Origin: Candidatus Moraniibacteriota bacterium
GTDB taxonomy: Bacteria; Patescibacteriota; Minisyncoccia; Moranbacterales; UBA2206
DNA length: 64,000 bases
Reading direction: 5' to 3'
Assembly (NCBI GenBank): GCA_030645735.1
Contig: JAUSNP010000004.1
Span: 10,739-74,738, forward strand
Part shown: positions 10,875 through 21,200 of the stretch, piece by piece
How the letters are laid out: the number at the start of each line of letters is the position of its first letter
Numbering within the stretch: the first letter of the stretch is position 1
Position numbers and translations under genes: made by a program
Notes under the pieces: generated by a model
Seen by the model: the letters and a program-made list of their open reading frames with translations, nothing else
The model's database searches: none
What the model was told of the DNA's origin: nothing

Positions 10875-10907
10875 AAAAAAGCAGACATGGAAGTGTCTGC
10901 TTTTTTG
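10875..10907 (-). terminator. Intrinsic terminator after rplY
   Basis: aaaaaagcagaca-tggaag-tgtctgctttttt perfect hairpin. Confidence 0.8.
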
Positions 10908-10933
10908 GTTCCAATTCAGAAAATATATCTGAT

Positions 10934-11599
10934 TTATTTCTTGTCTTTCTTTTCCTCCACTGGAGCTTCTGGCTTAACTACACCCTCAACCTTAGTTACA
11001 TCAGCCTCGACTTTTTCTTCAAGTGCGGCTAGATCCTCTTCGGTTCGTGGCGCAGACACAAGCGCAACAACGGTTTCTGGGTCAAGTTCAATTTTCACCT
11101 TGGCTGAAACCTTCAAATCCTTGATAGTGATATGATCTTCAAATGTTACAATCTTAGAAATATCTACATCAATGTGAGATGGCAAATCAGATGGCAAACA
11201 TTTCACCGTAACCTTGTCGATGCTCTTAACAAAGATTCCACCCATTGTTTTCACAGCAGGAGCTTCGCCAATAAACACCAATTCAACTTCAGTTTCAATT
11301 TCTTCATCCATACGAACTTGGAAAAAATCAACATGCGTGAATTTCCCAGTCACGCCATTCTTTTGAATTTCATGAATCAAAACATTGCGGTCATCCTTGC
11401 CATCAATTTTCAAATCAATGATGGTGCTTTCTCCAGATTTTTTCAACAATCTTTTCAAATCCAAGGCATTCACCCAAAGACTAGTTGACTCAACACTGTG
11501 TCCATAAACAACAGCTGGCACTCGTCCTTCTCGACGACCCACATTCACTTTTCTGCCTCGTTCAGCTCGCGCTGTCGCTTCCAATAAAACTTTCTCCAT
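10934..11599 (-). CDS. rplY: 50S ribosomal protein L25/Ctc
   Basis: RREGRVPAVVYG, HVDF, GEAPAVK..GG motifs. Confidence 0.97.
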   Translation of the reverse strand: MEKVLLEATARAERGRKVNVGRREGRVPAVVYGHSVESTSLWVNALDLKRLLKKSGESTIIDLKIDGKDDRNVLIHEIQKNGVTGKFTHVDFFQVRMDEEIETEVELVFIGEAPAVKTMGGIFVKSIDKVTVKCLPSDLPSHIDVDISKIVTFEDHITIKDLKVSAKVKIELDPETVVALVSAPRTEEDLAALEEKVEADVTKVEGVVKPEAPVEEKKDKK

Positions 11600-11629
11600 A
11601 AATATTACATCCTACCTGAACCCGCCCAT

Positions 11630-11777
11630 GCGGGAATTTCCAATTTCCAATTTCCAATTTCCAAACAATTTTCAATGACCAAATTTTCAATGACCAAAAC
11701 TTTTTTAAATTTTGGAGGTTGTAATTTGAAATTTAGAATTTATTTGGTTATTGTATCTTGGTTATTGTATTTTCCGC
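11630..11777. repeat. Heptamer-repeat palindromic element
   Basis: (aatttcc)x4 and (aattttcaatgacca)x2 followed by a complementary arm ttggttattgtat x2. Confidence 0.75.
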
Positions 11778-11868
11778 TTCACGGTTTCCCCTCGGACATT
11801 AAAAAATTAATAACTAAACAAAAATCAGCTTTTTCAACTGTTTTATGATTTTACCAGCATTTAACGGC

Positions 11869-12960
11869 TTAGTCAAGTGTTTTTATGCGCCTTAAATAGA
11901 TACTTTGCACAATTCCCAAAGAAGCCAAAACGGCAATCATCGAACTGCCACCATAGCTCAAAAGTGGCAACGGCACACCAGCTACCGGCGCTACCCCGAT
12001 GTTCATACCCACATTCACCAAAATCTGCAAAAACAGCATAATAGCAATGCCCACAGCCAACAAATAGCCAAAATTATCCCGCGCCAAACGTGCCGTTTCC
12101 TTGATGCGATAGATCAAAATTCCAAACAAAATGATGATAGCGCAAGATCCAAAAAAGCCCAACTCTTCAGCGAAAACTGCGAAAATAAAGTCGGTATGCT
12201 TTTCTGGCAAAAAGTTCAGCTGGGATTGTGAACCATGGCCCAAACCCTTACCCCACATTCCACCTGAACCCACGGCCACCGTAGATTGAATGACATTGTA
12301 CCCGCTACCCATCGGGTCCTGCTCGGGGCTGACGAAATTTATCAAACGATCTTTTTGATAATCCTTCAGCACAAACCAACCCGAAGAGGCAGTTACAACC
12401 CCCACTAATAGCAGAGCAAAAAAAACTTTTTTAGTTATACCAGACACAAATAGCATCCCCAGCCAGATGCCCATAATAACTGCGGCTGAACCAAAATCCG
12501 GTTGCTTCAAAATCAAAAAAACTGGAATGGCAATCAAAATTATGGACGCAATTGTTCTGACAATCACGCTTAGATGAGTTTTCTTTTTGGACAGGAAGCT
12601 AGCCAAAAAAATTATGACAATCAGTTTGGTTATTTCCACTGGTTGAATATTGAAGGCGCCCACGCCAATCCAGCCCGTTGTGCCACGCACTGTAGTTCCC
12701 CACAACACTAGCACCAGCAAAATTCCAATGATGCCAAAATATAATTTAGTGCTATATGAATTGAGCGCGCGATAATCAAAAAATGAAAAAAACATCATCA
12801 AGGCCAAGCCAATGCCAACTGACACTAATTGCTTTTGAAAGTGATTCATTTGAGCGCTATCTTCGATTGAAGAAATGGTGTACAAAGTCACCAAGCCAAC
12901 TGCCAGTAACAAAAAAATGGTGATCGTTAGCACCCAATCAAGTTTTAAAAAATTTCTCAT
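11869..12960 (-). CDS. rodA: Rod shape-determining SEDS protein RodA
   Basis: QPVEITK, QPDFG, DPMGSGYNVIQS..AVGSGG, LPEKHTDFIF, LPLLSYGGS. Confidence 0.95.
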   Translation of the reverse strand: MRNFLKLDWVLTITIFLLLAVGLVTLYTISSIEDSAQMNHFQKQLVSVGIGLALMMFFSFFDYRALNSYSTKLYFGIIGILLVLVLWGTTVRGTTGWIGVGAFNIQPVEITKLIVIIFLASFLSKKKTHLSVIVRTIASIILIAIPVFLILKQPDFGSAAVIMGIWLGMLFVSGITKKVFFALLLVGVVTASSGWFVLKDYQKDRLINFVSPEQDPMGSGYNVIQSTVAVGSGGMWGKGLGHGSQSQLNFLPEKHTDFIFAVFAEELGFFGSCAIIILFGILIYRIKETARLARDNFGYLLAVGIAIMLFLQILVNVGMNIGVAPVAGVPLPLLSYGGSSMIAVLASLGIVQSIYLRRIKTLD

Positions 12961-12963
12961 ATT

Positions 12964-13797
12964 TTATAAACCAGGTACAAAATATTGTTTAGTAAAAGTT
13001 TCCGATTCAAAAATATTAACTCCCGTCTGCACTTCCACATTCATAACTTCACCAGGAAATCGGTTGAGCCACAAGGCTCGAAAATCTCGATTTTCACCAG
13101 ATTTCACCGTATTCATTTCCGTTGAATTCAAAGCAATCACACTGTCGTTGGCATCTTTCAAAATCACATCCAGTCTGATGGTATTGAAATTGAATGAACT
13201 TTCATTTTTCAATAGCCCCTTAACTTCGCTAAAGCCGATACCGGAATTTATTTGACCATAAGTCTTGTTAACAATTTTCAGCTGTGGTCTTTCATAATAA
13301 TTAGCAAATTCTGACCATTCTTGATTGAGAATATTGAATTCAACACGACTTGGCACACCAACAAATTCTACATTATTCTCTACGACATATTTACTTTCAG
13401 CTGGCAAAATATAGCTGACGCCTTTTTTTGTTGTCACAACCGAACCCGCTGCATCCAAAATTTTGAATTCATATTGAAATTTTTTGCTGCCAAAAGTTGC
13501 ATTTGGATTGGACACGCGGGCATACAAATCAATCTTGCTAGCCACGCCACTTTCCACAAAGCCACTCTCTTGGCTGGTCAAATTTTGCGCCACAATTGCA
13601 CACTTAGTTGCACACACTCCGCCACAATCAATACCAACTTCATTCTGGTTCTTTTTATTATCAGAACAACTCGGCACTGGTTTTAACCAAGAATATAACA
13701 TAAAAATAAACAACAAAAAAACAGCCACAAAAATGGCTATTATAGTCGCTCGCTTTTTCTGATATTTATCCTCTAAAAATTTATCTAATATTTCCAT
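12964..13797 (-). CDS. Membrane-anchored protein with CSD..NQNE.GIDCGG.C motif and two Ig-like (FxLYD-type) domains
   Basis: One N-terminal TM, Cys-rich motif, beta-rich repeats. Confidence 0.75.
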   Translation of the reverse strand: MEILDKFLEDKYQKKRATIIAIFVAVFLLFIFMLYSWLKPVPSCSDNKKNQNEVGIDCGGVCATKCAIVAQNLTSQESGFVESGVASKIDLYARVSNPNATFGSKKFQYEFKILDAAGSVVTTKKGVSYILPAESKYVVENNVEFVGVPSRVEFNILNQEWSEFANYYERPQLKIVNKTYGQINSGIGFSEVKGLLKNESSFNFNTIRLDVILKDANDSVIALNSTEMNTVKSGENRDFRALWLNRFPGEVMNVEVQTGVNIFESETFTKQYFVPGL

Positions 13798-13840
13798 AAA
13801 TCTATTCTAGCACAAATTTTTCCACAAAAAAAGAGCATTG

Positions 13841-13956
13841 TTTTGGCGGCGTCCTACTTTTCCTAGACTGATGCCTAGATATCATCGGGGCTGAAATGCT
13901 TAACTGCCGAGTTCGGAATGGGATCGGGTGTTGCCATTTCGCTAGAACCACCAAAA
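13841..13956 (-). rRNA. rrf: 5S rRNA
   Basis: Minus strand ACACCCGATCCCATTCCGAACTCGGCAGTTAAG ... AGTAGG..GCCGCC; terminal helix extended by a perfect flanking inverted repeat (aaaaaagagcattgttttgg / ccaaaacaatgctctttttt). Confidence 0.95.
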
Positions 13957-14736
13957 CAATGCTCTTTTTTCGCAGTCCGTAAAGTCCCAAGTCCGTAAAG
14001 TTTTTAAAGTCACATACTTTATGGACTTTTGACTTTATAGCCTTTCGACTCTAGAACGCGTTTATAACTGGTGCAAAAAACAAAAATGAAAAGATCGCAA
14101 TCGCAATTACAGAGAAGATGATGAAGATAAACTTCAAGCTTTCTCCGTATTTTTTAGAATACGATTTCATATTATTATTGTCCATTGTAAATATACTAAT
14201 ACAACTATTTATTCAGTAGATCTTGTGCACTCAGTTGAATTTCGCCATAAGCAAACTTCAACCGAGATAGTTTAGAAACTATTAACCACTAACCCACGCA
14301 TAACGCGTAACGCATATCGTGAAACATATATGAAATACGTTCTACGATTTGCGCTCTACGATCTGCGATTTATTTAAATTTAAGAGTGTAATTTTAATTT
14401 ATTAGTATCTCTCGACTTAATGCATTACTGCACTTATATCTGAGACCTATCAACCTAGTCATCTTCTAGGAAATTATGTTGGAGCAAGCTCCAACAGTTG
14501 CCTTATCTTAAAGGAGGCTTCCCGCTTATATGCTTTCAGCGGTTATCCTTTCCAAACGTAGCTACTCAGCAGTGCTCCTGGCGGAACAGCTGATACACCA
14601 GAGGTTTGTTCTTTCCGGTCCTCTCGTACTAGGAAAGACTCTTTTCAAGCAACAACGCCCACAGCAGATAGGAGACCAACCTGTCTCACGACGGTTTGAA
14701 CCCAGCTCACGTACCGCTTTAATTGGCGAACAGCCA

Positions 14737-14796
<60 letters not shown>

Positions 14797-14822
14797 CATC
14801 GTCGATATGGACTCTTGGATGG

Positions 14823-14855
<33 letters not shown>

Positions 14856-15016
14856 TGATGATCTTCTACGCTCCTATAAGCGATAGTCGGTTCACTAAAT
14901 TCTACTTTCGTAACTGATCGACTGATGGGTCTCTCAGTAAAGCTGGTTTATGCTTTTGCACTATCAGTCCGATTTCCATCCGGACCTAACCAACCTTTGT
15001 AAACGCCTCCGTTGCC

Positions 15017-15052
<36 letters not shown>

Positions 15053-15065
15053 AGGCACTGTTCCC

Positions 15066-15242
15066 GGACTGGTATGAATAACTAAAAACGTCGTATACAT
15101 TTTTTTTGTGAACCGCAAAAGACAATACTAATAAATCCAATCATTCTTACGAACAATTAGATCTTTATTTACAACTTATGCAATTAGTTTTGTCATTTGC
15201 TGGTTTACATGTAACGAAGATTTTTGTTCCTCATAACAGTCC
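15066..15242 (-). other. Hairpin insertion (IVS/expansion segment) in 23S helix 79 region
   Basis: 177 nt between conserved ...CACTG and GTTAG... anchors where E. coli has ~15-20 nt; closed by ggactg/cagtcc. Confidence 0.8.
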
Positions 15243-16230
15243 AGGGTTAGACTTAAAACTTCAGCAGGGTGGTATTCCACTGTTGACTCCATCTGGACTA
15301 GCGTCCGGATTTCATAGTCTCCCACCTAAGCTCGACAACTAAAATTCTAAATCAATGCCAAGTTGTAGTAAAGCTCCACGGGGTCTTTTCGTCTTGCTGC
15401 AGGTCGACGGCATCTTTACCGTCATTGCAATTTCACCGAGCTCTCCGTTGAGACAGTTCCCAAGTCATTACGCCATTGATGCGGGTCAGAATTTACCTGA
15501 CAAGGAATTTCGCTACCTTAGGACGATTATAGTTATCGCCGACGTTCACTGGCGCTTCGGGGATTGGCTTGCACCGCTCCCGTTAACGTTCCAGCACTGG
15601 TCAGGCGTCAGCCCCTATACTTCCCCTTGCGGGTTTGCAGAGACCTGTGTTTTTGGTAAACAGTTGCTTGGGAAACTTTCGCTGCGGCCTATACCTTGCG
15701 ATATAGGCGAGACATTTTGCGAACTTACGTCTAGCTTTTTTGCCGAGTTCCTTAACGGAGGATCACTCGTTCACCTTAGGCTACTCGCCCAGTCTACCTG
15801 TGTCGGTTTTAGTACGGATATTTAATGATAAGTTTAGAGACTTTTCTAGACAACCTGCTTTATTTTGTTGGTCTTTCCGAAGAAAAACCTCCAGCCATAA
15901 CTTGGGCTATACCTTCCGGATTTACCTGAAAAGCACCCTCACTATGTCTACATCAATCCAATAAGATGCAAAATATACTAGATTGCGTCCTCCCATACCG
16001 TGACATTAAATAGTCAAGGAATATTAACCTTGTGTCCATCGACTACGTCTTTCGACCTCGCCTTAGGACCGACTGACCCTGGGTTGATCAACATTGCCCA
16101 GGAAACCTTAGACTTTCGGTGTCGGGGGATCTCACCCCAATTGCGGTTACTAATACCAACATTCTTACTTCCATGCACTCCACGGTGGCTCACGCCTTCC
16201 GCTTCAGTGCGCATGGAACACTTCCCTACC

Positions 16231-16346
16231 GCTCACAATCTTCTTAAAAAGCACAACTTAAAAGCTACCATCATGTTGTAGCGCTTGCGTGAAATTTGAT
16301 AAAATTCACGCTTCATTTAGTTATTCCTTTTAAGAAGATTGCAAGC
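16231..16346 (-). other. Intervening sequence in 23S helix 45
   Basis: ~115 nt between CACCGAAG-like and GGTAGGG anchors; perfect arms caatcttcttaaaa (16236-16249) / ttttaagaagattg (16328-16341). Confidence 0.8.
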
Positions 16347-17031
16347 CCGCATCTTCGGTATCATATTTAGCCCCGTTGAATTTTCGGCGCGAAGTCTCTA
16401 GACTAGTGAGCTGTTACGCACTCTTTAAAGGATGGCTGCTTCTAAGCCAACCTTCTAGGTGTATAAGAAACTTCACCTCCTTTACCACTTAATATGAATT
16501 TAGGGACCTTAGATTGCGATCTCGGCTGTTTCCGTTTTGAGCTCCGAGCTTAGCCCCGGAGTTCTGACTGCCCAGATAAGAAACACAAGAATTCGGAGTT
16601 TGGTTGAGAAGCCTACGGCGAACCGCGGATTCTCATTCAGTATCTCTACCTCTTGTGCTCATTTAAAGGACGCTAGCCCTCAAGCTATTTCGGGAAGAAC
16701 CAGCTATCGCCAAGTTCGATTGGAATTTCTCCTCTATTCACAAGTCATCCCCGAGTGTTGCACGGCTCGTGGGTTCGGGCCTCCTTTCGATTTTACTCGA
16801 AATTCACCCTGCTCATAAATAGCTCACCTGGCTTCGGGTCTAATCCGCACTATCATGTCGCCCGTTAAGGCTCGCTTTCACTATGACTCCACTACGAAAG
16901 TAGCTTAGTCAGACAATACAGAATTAACTCGTTGGTTCGTTCTACAAAAAGCACGCCATCATGGTATTACTACCACTCTGACTCTTTGTTAGCATATGGT
17001 TTCAGATACTATTTCATCTCCCTTATCGGGA

Positions 17032-17070
<39 letters not shown>

Positions 17071-17830
17071 ATCATTAAAAATATTTAGTCTTGGAGCTAT
17101 AGTGGCCCCTGATTCAAACGGGATTTCTCCGGTCCCGCCCTACTTGAGAATAATTACATTCGGACATTTCTTTTTCGCATAAGGGACTATCACCCACTAT
17201 GGTCACTCTTTCCAGAGTGTTCTGCTAAAGAAATAATCTCAAACCCCTATTAAAAGAGTAAAATTACCTCGCAACCCCGAACCCCGAAGGATTCGGTTTA
17301 GACTTTTCCGTTTTCGCTCGCCACTACTCACGGAATCTCAATTGATTTATATTCCTCCTGGTACTAAGATGTTTCAGTTCCCAGGGTGCGCTTCCATAAC
17401 CTATGTATTCAGTTATGGATCCTCTAAAAGAGGGGGTTATCCCATTCGGAAATCTCCGGATCAAAAGTTGCTTAGCACTTCCCCGAAGCTTATCGCAGCC
17501 AGCTACGTCCTTCATCGCTTTTTAATGTCAAGGCATCCGCCATATGCATTAGTATTACCGCTCTTAAATTTAAATGGTTAGCAGTTAGTAGTTTCTAAAG
17601 TTACTAACGCTAAACCTGAACTTTCTTACTATTGCAATACCTCGCAATTCCGCTAACCGAAATTACGAAGCTTTTTCTACTTCATTGAATTCTTGCCGTG
17701 AAGCAAAAACCCAACTCCATAAACCTACTGTATTACAACATGTGTTGCACGCATGTTGTAATTAACTAATCACGACTCCTCCGACCTCGTTCCCGCGAAC
17801 TCAAGACCAGACTTGTGTGATAGACCATCG

Positions 17831-17850
17831 TATTCAGTTGTGAAAGTTCA
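17831..17850 (-). promoter_or_regulatory. boxA-like rRNA antitermination sequence
   Basis: Minus strand TGAACTTTCACAACTGAATA resembles rrn boxA (TGNTCTTTGAAAACTGAA). Confidence 0.5.
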
Positions 17851-18134
17851 CACTGATGCGGAAATAATAATTTACCGATTCCTTTCGATAAATTATTACC
17901 TCCTCACCAACCAAAATTTTTAATTTGACTGACACCGACTGCGGTCGGTGTTTATTGCCTGGGCGAAATTATAAATTTCGAAAGACAATAAAAAAAACCG
18001 CTCTCGCGGGTTTTTAGACAATAAAAAAGTCTAAAAAATTCACCCGCCGTATTTGTTTGAAACTCTAATGGATACTATCATGTATTATCCTTAAACTTTC
18101 CCCCACTATTTGACTACTTTTTAACAGTATTACC

Positions 18135-18163
18135 ATCTTAGCAATTCCTTGAAAACCTGTCAA
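18135..18163 (-). promoter_or_regulatory. rRNA promoter P2
   Basis: TTGACA-17 bp-TAAGAT. Confidence 0.75.
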
Positions 18164-18224
18164 CCCCGCCACAATCGCGACCTGTTGATAACTTTTCAGA
18201 ATACTCATTTAATACCGTTTTTAT

Positions 18225-18253
18225 AGTATAAAGGAAAGAAAAAGCTAAGTCAA
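18225..18253 (-). promoter_or_regulatory. rRNA promoter P1
   Basis: TTGACT-17 bp-TATACT. Confidence 0.7.
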
Positions 18254-18280
18254 GGGTTTTTCCGTGCCCTCGACCTTTGC

Positions 18281-21200
18281 CTATTTCTTATCCACAATCC
18301 ACCAATTTATCTGCAAATCTTCTAGTAAAACCTTGCCAATTTCAATTTTGAAACTTGCGCCTTTTTGAATTGTATTCACCCCAATTTCCACTGGCTTTTC
18401 TGAAGTCACAAAAACTTTTGAGTCAGCACTGATTGCCGTGGTATCCACCTTCACCGAAGTATCGCCAGCTTTGATAATGGCCTCACCAATCGTGGCTGCG
18501 GTTTTGTCATTGACTGCAATAGTTAGTAGACCAGTTTCAGTGATTTGGGAGGTGAGTTTTCCAACTATGGTAATGTCACCAACTTTGCTAGTTGGAGTGA
18601 TGCCGAGCAACTGATTGAGATAGTCAATTGATTGGGTGTTGGCATCAATTTGCGCAATGTTGACTGGTGTAGCAATTTGCGATTGTAGAGTTGTGATTTG
18701 AGCTTGCAAAGTTGTTGCCAGATTTTCTAGAGTTGCAATTCTAATTTCATCATTTGTAATTTGAGTATTGATGTTTGAAATTTGTTTGGTTATTGTATCT
18801 TGGTTATTGGTTATTTCGCTTAGACTTTTTTCAATTGAACCAAGTTGCGTATTGATAGAATTTTTTAGTTCTGCGACTGTGGTGATGTTGCCTGTGACTT
18901 GCAAATTGAGATTTTCAATCTGAGTTTTTTCTTCTTGAAACATTTGATTCTTCACATCCGCAAATCTAGCGTAGAGTCCATGGATAGCTCCGTCTTGAAG
19001 AGTTGAGTCAGCGTATGGAATGAGGAGCTCGCCAGGAGTGATTTGTTGAGTTAGATAGTTTTGGAAATGGGTCAGTTCATTTGGAGTGACACCTTTGAGA
19101 GTGCTTTGGGAAAGTTGGTTGAGGGGGGCGACTTCATAGTTCGGAATTTGGAAACCTCCAGTTTTAGCGATGTAGCTCCAAGCACCACCGGTGCGGAAAT
19201 ACATTCGTTCTACACCCGCGGTGGAGTCTAGACAAATTTGTCCATCAGTGTCAGTGGTGAAAAGGGCGTCGGTGCAGGCGCCGGCGTTGGTTTTTTGGAT
19301 GAAGCCGTCGGAGGCAATGGCTTGGCCGACAACATCAAGCTTGGCAGTTGGAGTTACCGTCCCGATGCCGATGTTGCCGTTTTTATCAACAACACTTAAC
19401 ACGTTACCCACACTATCCTGCCACTCTTGAAGATTAGCTGATTGAGTTGCTGAATTTGCCCTAATGACTAAACCTTTTACCGTATCGCTTGCGGTTAAAA
19501 CATAAGCCCTGACTCCACTAAGTCCGCCTATCGCACCTACACTAAGTTGATTCTGATTCATTACGGTAGACACGAAAGCATTACCGACAACATGCAAATT
19601 GTATGTCGGACTCGTCGTCCCGATGCCGACGTTGCCAGCCGAAGTGTCGACATAAAGTTGATTAGTATTCACGGCAAAATCACCTGCACCGGAAAGACCA
19701 ATGTTTAAATTCGATCCGGCAGTCGGAGAAATGGTAATCGCTCCAGAAGTGGCATCAATCGTGTTTCCATCAATCCTAAGGTTATCAACCGTAAGTTGTC
19801 CTAGTCCTGTAATTGATTGGGCATTTCCAGTGACCGCGCCTAAAAGAGTGTGCGTGCCAAGTCTTAATGTTCCAGATGAAGCGGTAATATCATGATTTCC
19901 CGTTTGATTGAAAGTGAGATTACCATAAGCTGATGGATTATATTCAGAAAGGAAGGGATAAATAAATCCATTCTTTTTATACCATCCCAATTGCCTTATG
20001 TATGTTGTAGCTTCAGTCAAGGAAGTTATTGAATAACGAACACCCTTAATAGCCCATGCTGCTGGATATGGAGCCACATTCGTAACTGGCTGAGAAAACC
20101 AATACGCCTTTGAGGCTATGCTAATATCTTCATCCGCCAATGTTACCCAGGTGTCATCAAATTTTTTAATTTCCACTAAAAGATGCCCACTGATATTACC
20201 ATGAGCCTGCAGAAAAACTCTTTGACTGCCAACATCCGTGTCCGAAGGAATGCTTCCAGTTACTTCAACCACGATTGGTAAGGTCGTATTTGTAATAGTG
20301 GCGTATGTGTCTCCTTGTCTGAAAGCACTACTAACGCTTGAAATAGAACCACTAGAAGTTATAGCAAATCCTTTTGCATCGGCAAACATAAGTTGATTTC
20401 CGATATAGTCATTCATCGGTGGAGTTTGTTCAATTGTCGCGCCACCAAAAGAATTAGTAAATAAATAATTTCCTCCTGAAGTATAAGTCGAACCCCAACT
20501 ACTTAATTTTGATGTTAATGTGGTTCCATTCACATCCAATTTTGCTCCCGGTGCCGACGTCCCGATGCCGACGTTGCCAGAAGAATTAATTCTCATGTAT
20601 TCAGCGGAGAATGGATCGGTAAATCTCAACCCATATGCTCCATCGAGACCTCTAATTTGGCCACCCGATGTCTCTGTTGTGTTGGTTAATAAAATAAACG
20701 GCTCGTTTCCAGCATTACGCCGAAGTCTAATCCCCGCACTGACTCCGTCAATCTGGAATTGAGAAACAGGACTCGTCGTCCCGATGCCGACGTTGCCGTT
20801 TCCATTTATGACCAACGCACTAGTAGTAACACCCGCCCCCGCTGGGTTATAAACTTGCCAACCTAAATAATCACTTTCCGCAGTCGTACTTTCTGTTCTA
20901 TGAAGTTGATATGAGAAAGCACTAGCATTAGATATTACTCCTGTAGAAGGATTGCGGTTGAAAGATAAATCTCCTCCAGTAATGCCTCTTAAATATATTT
21001 GAGAACCTCCAACTGGACCAATTTGAAAATCTCCTCCAGCAATGTGAAGTTTAGACCCAGGCGCCGTCGTCCCGATGCCGACATTGCCGCCATTGAAATA
21101 ACTGTTTCCACCAGTATCCAATCTAATTGTTTGTGAATCTGTAGCATTATAAAAAGCAAATGTTGCACGTGTATCACTTTCTTCATAAATTCCTGCAAGC

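Noticed and set aside
17576..18125. Spacer tRNA-Ile/Ala or 16S remnant upstream of 23S
   Set aside because: No TTCGA T-loop cloverleaf or 16S 3' motifs found by eye.
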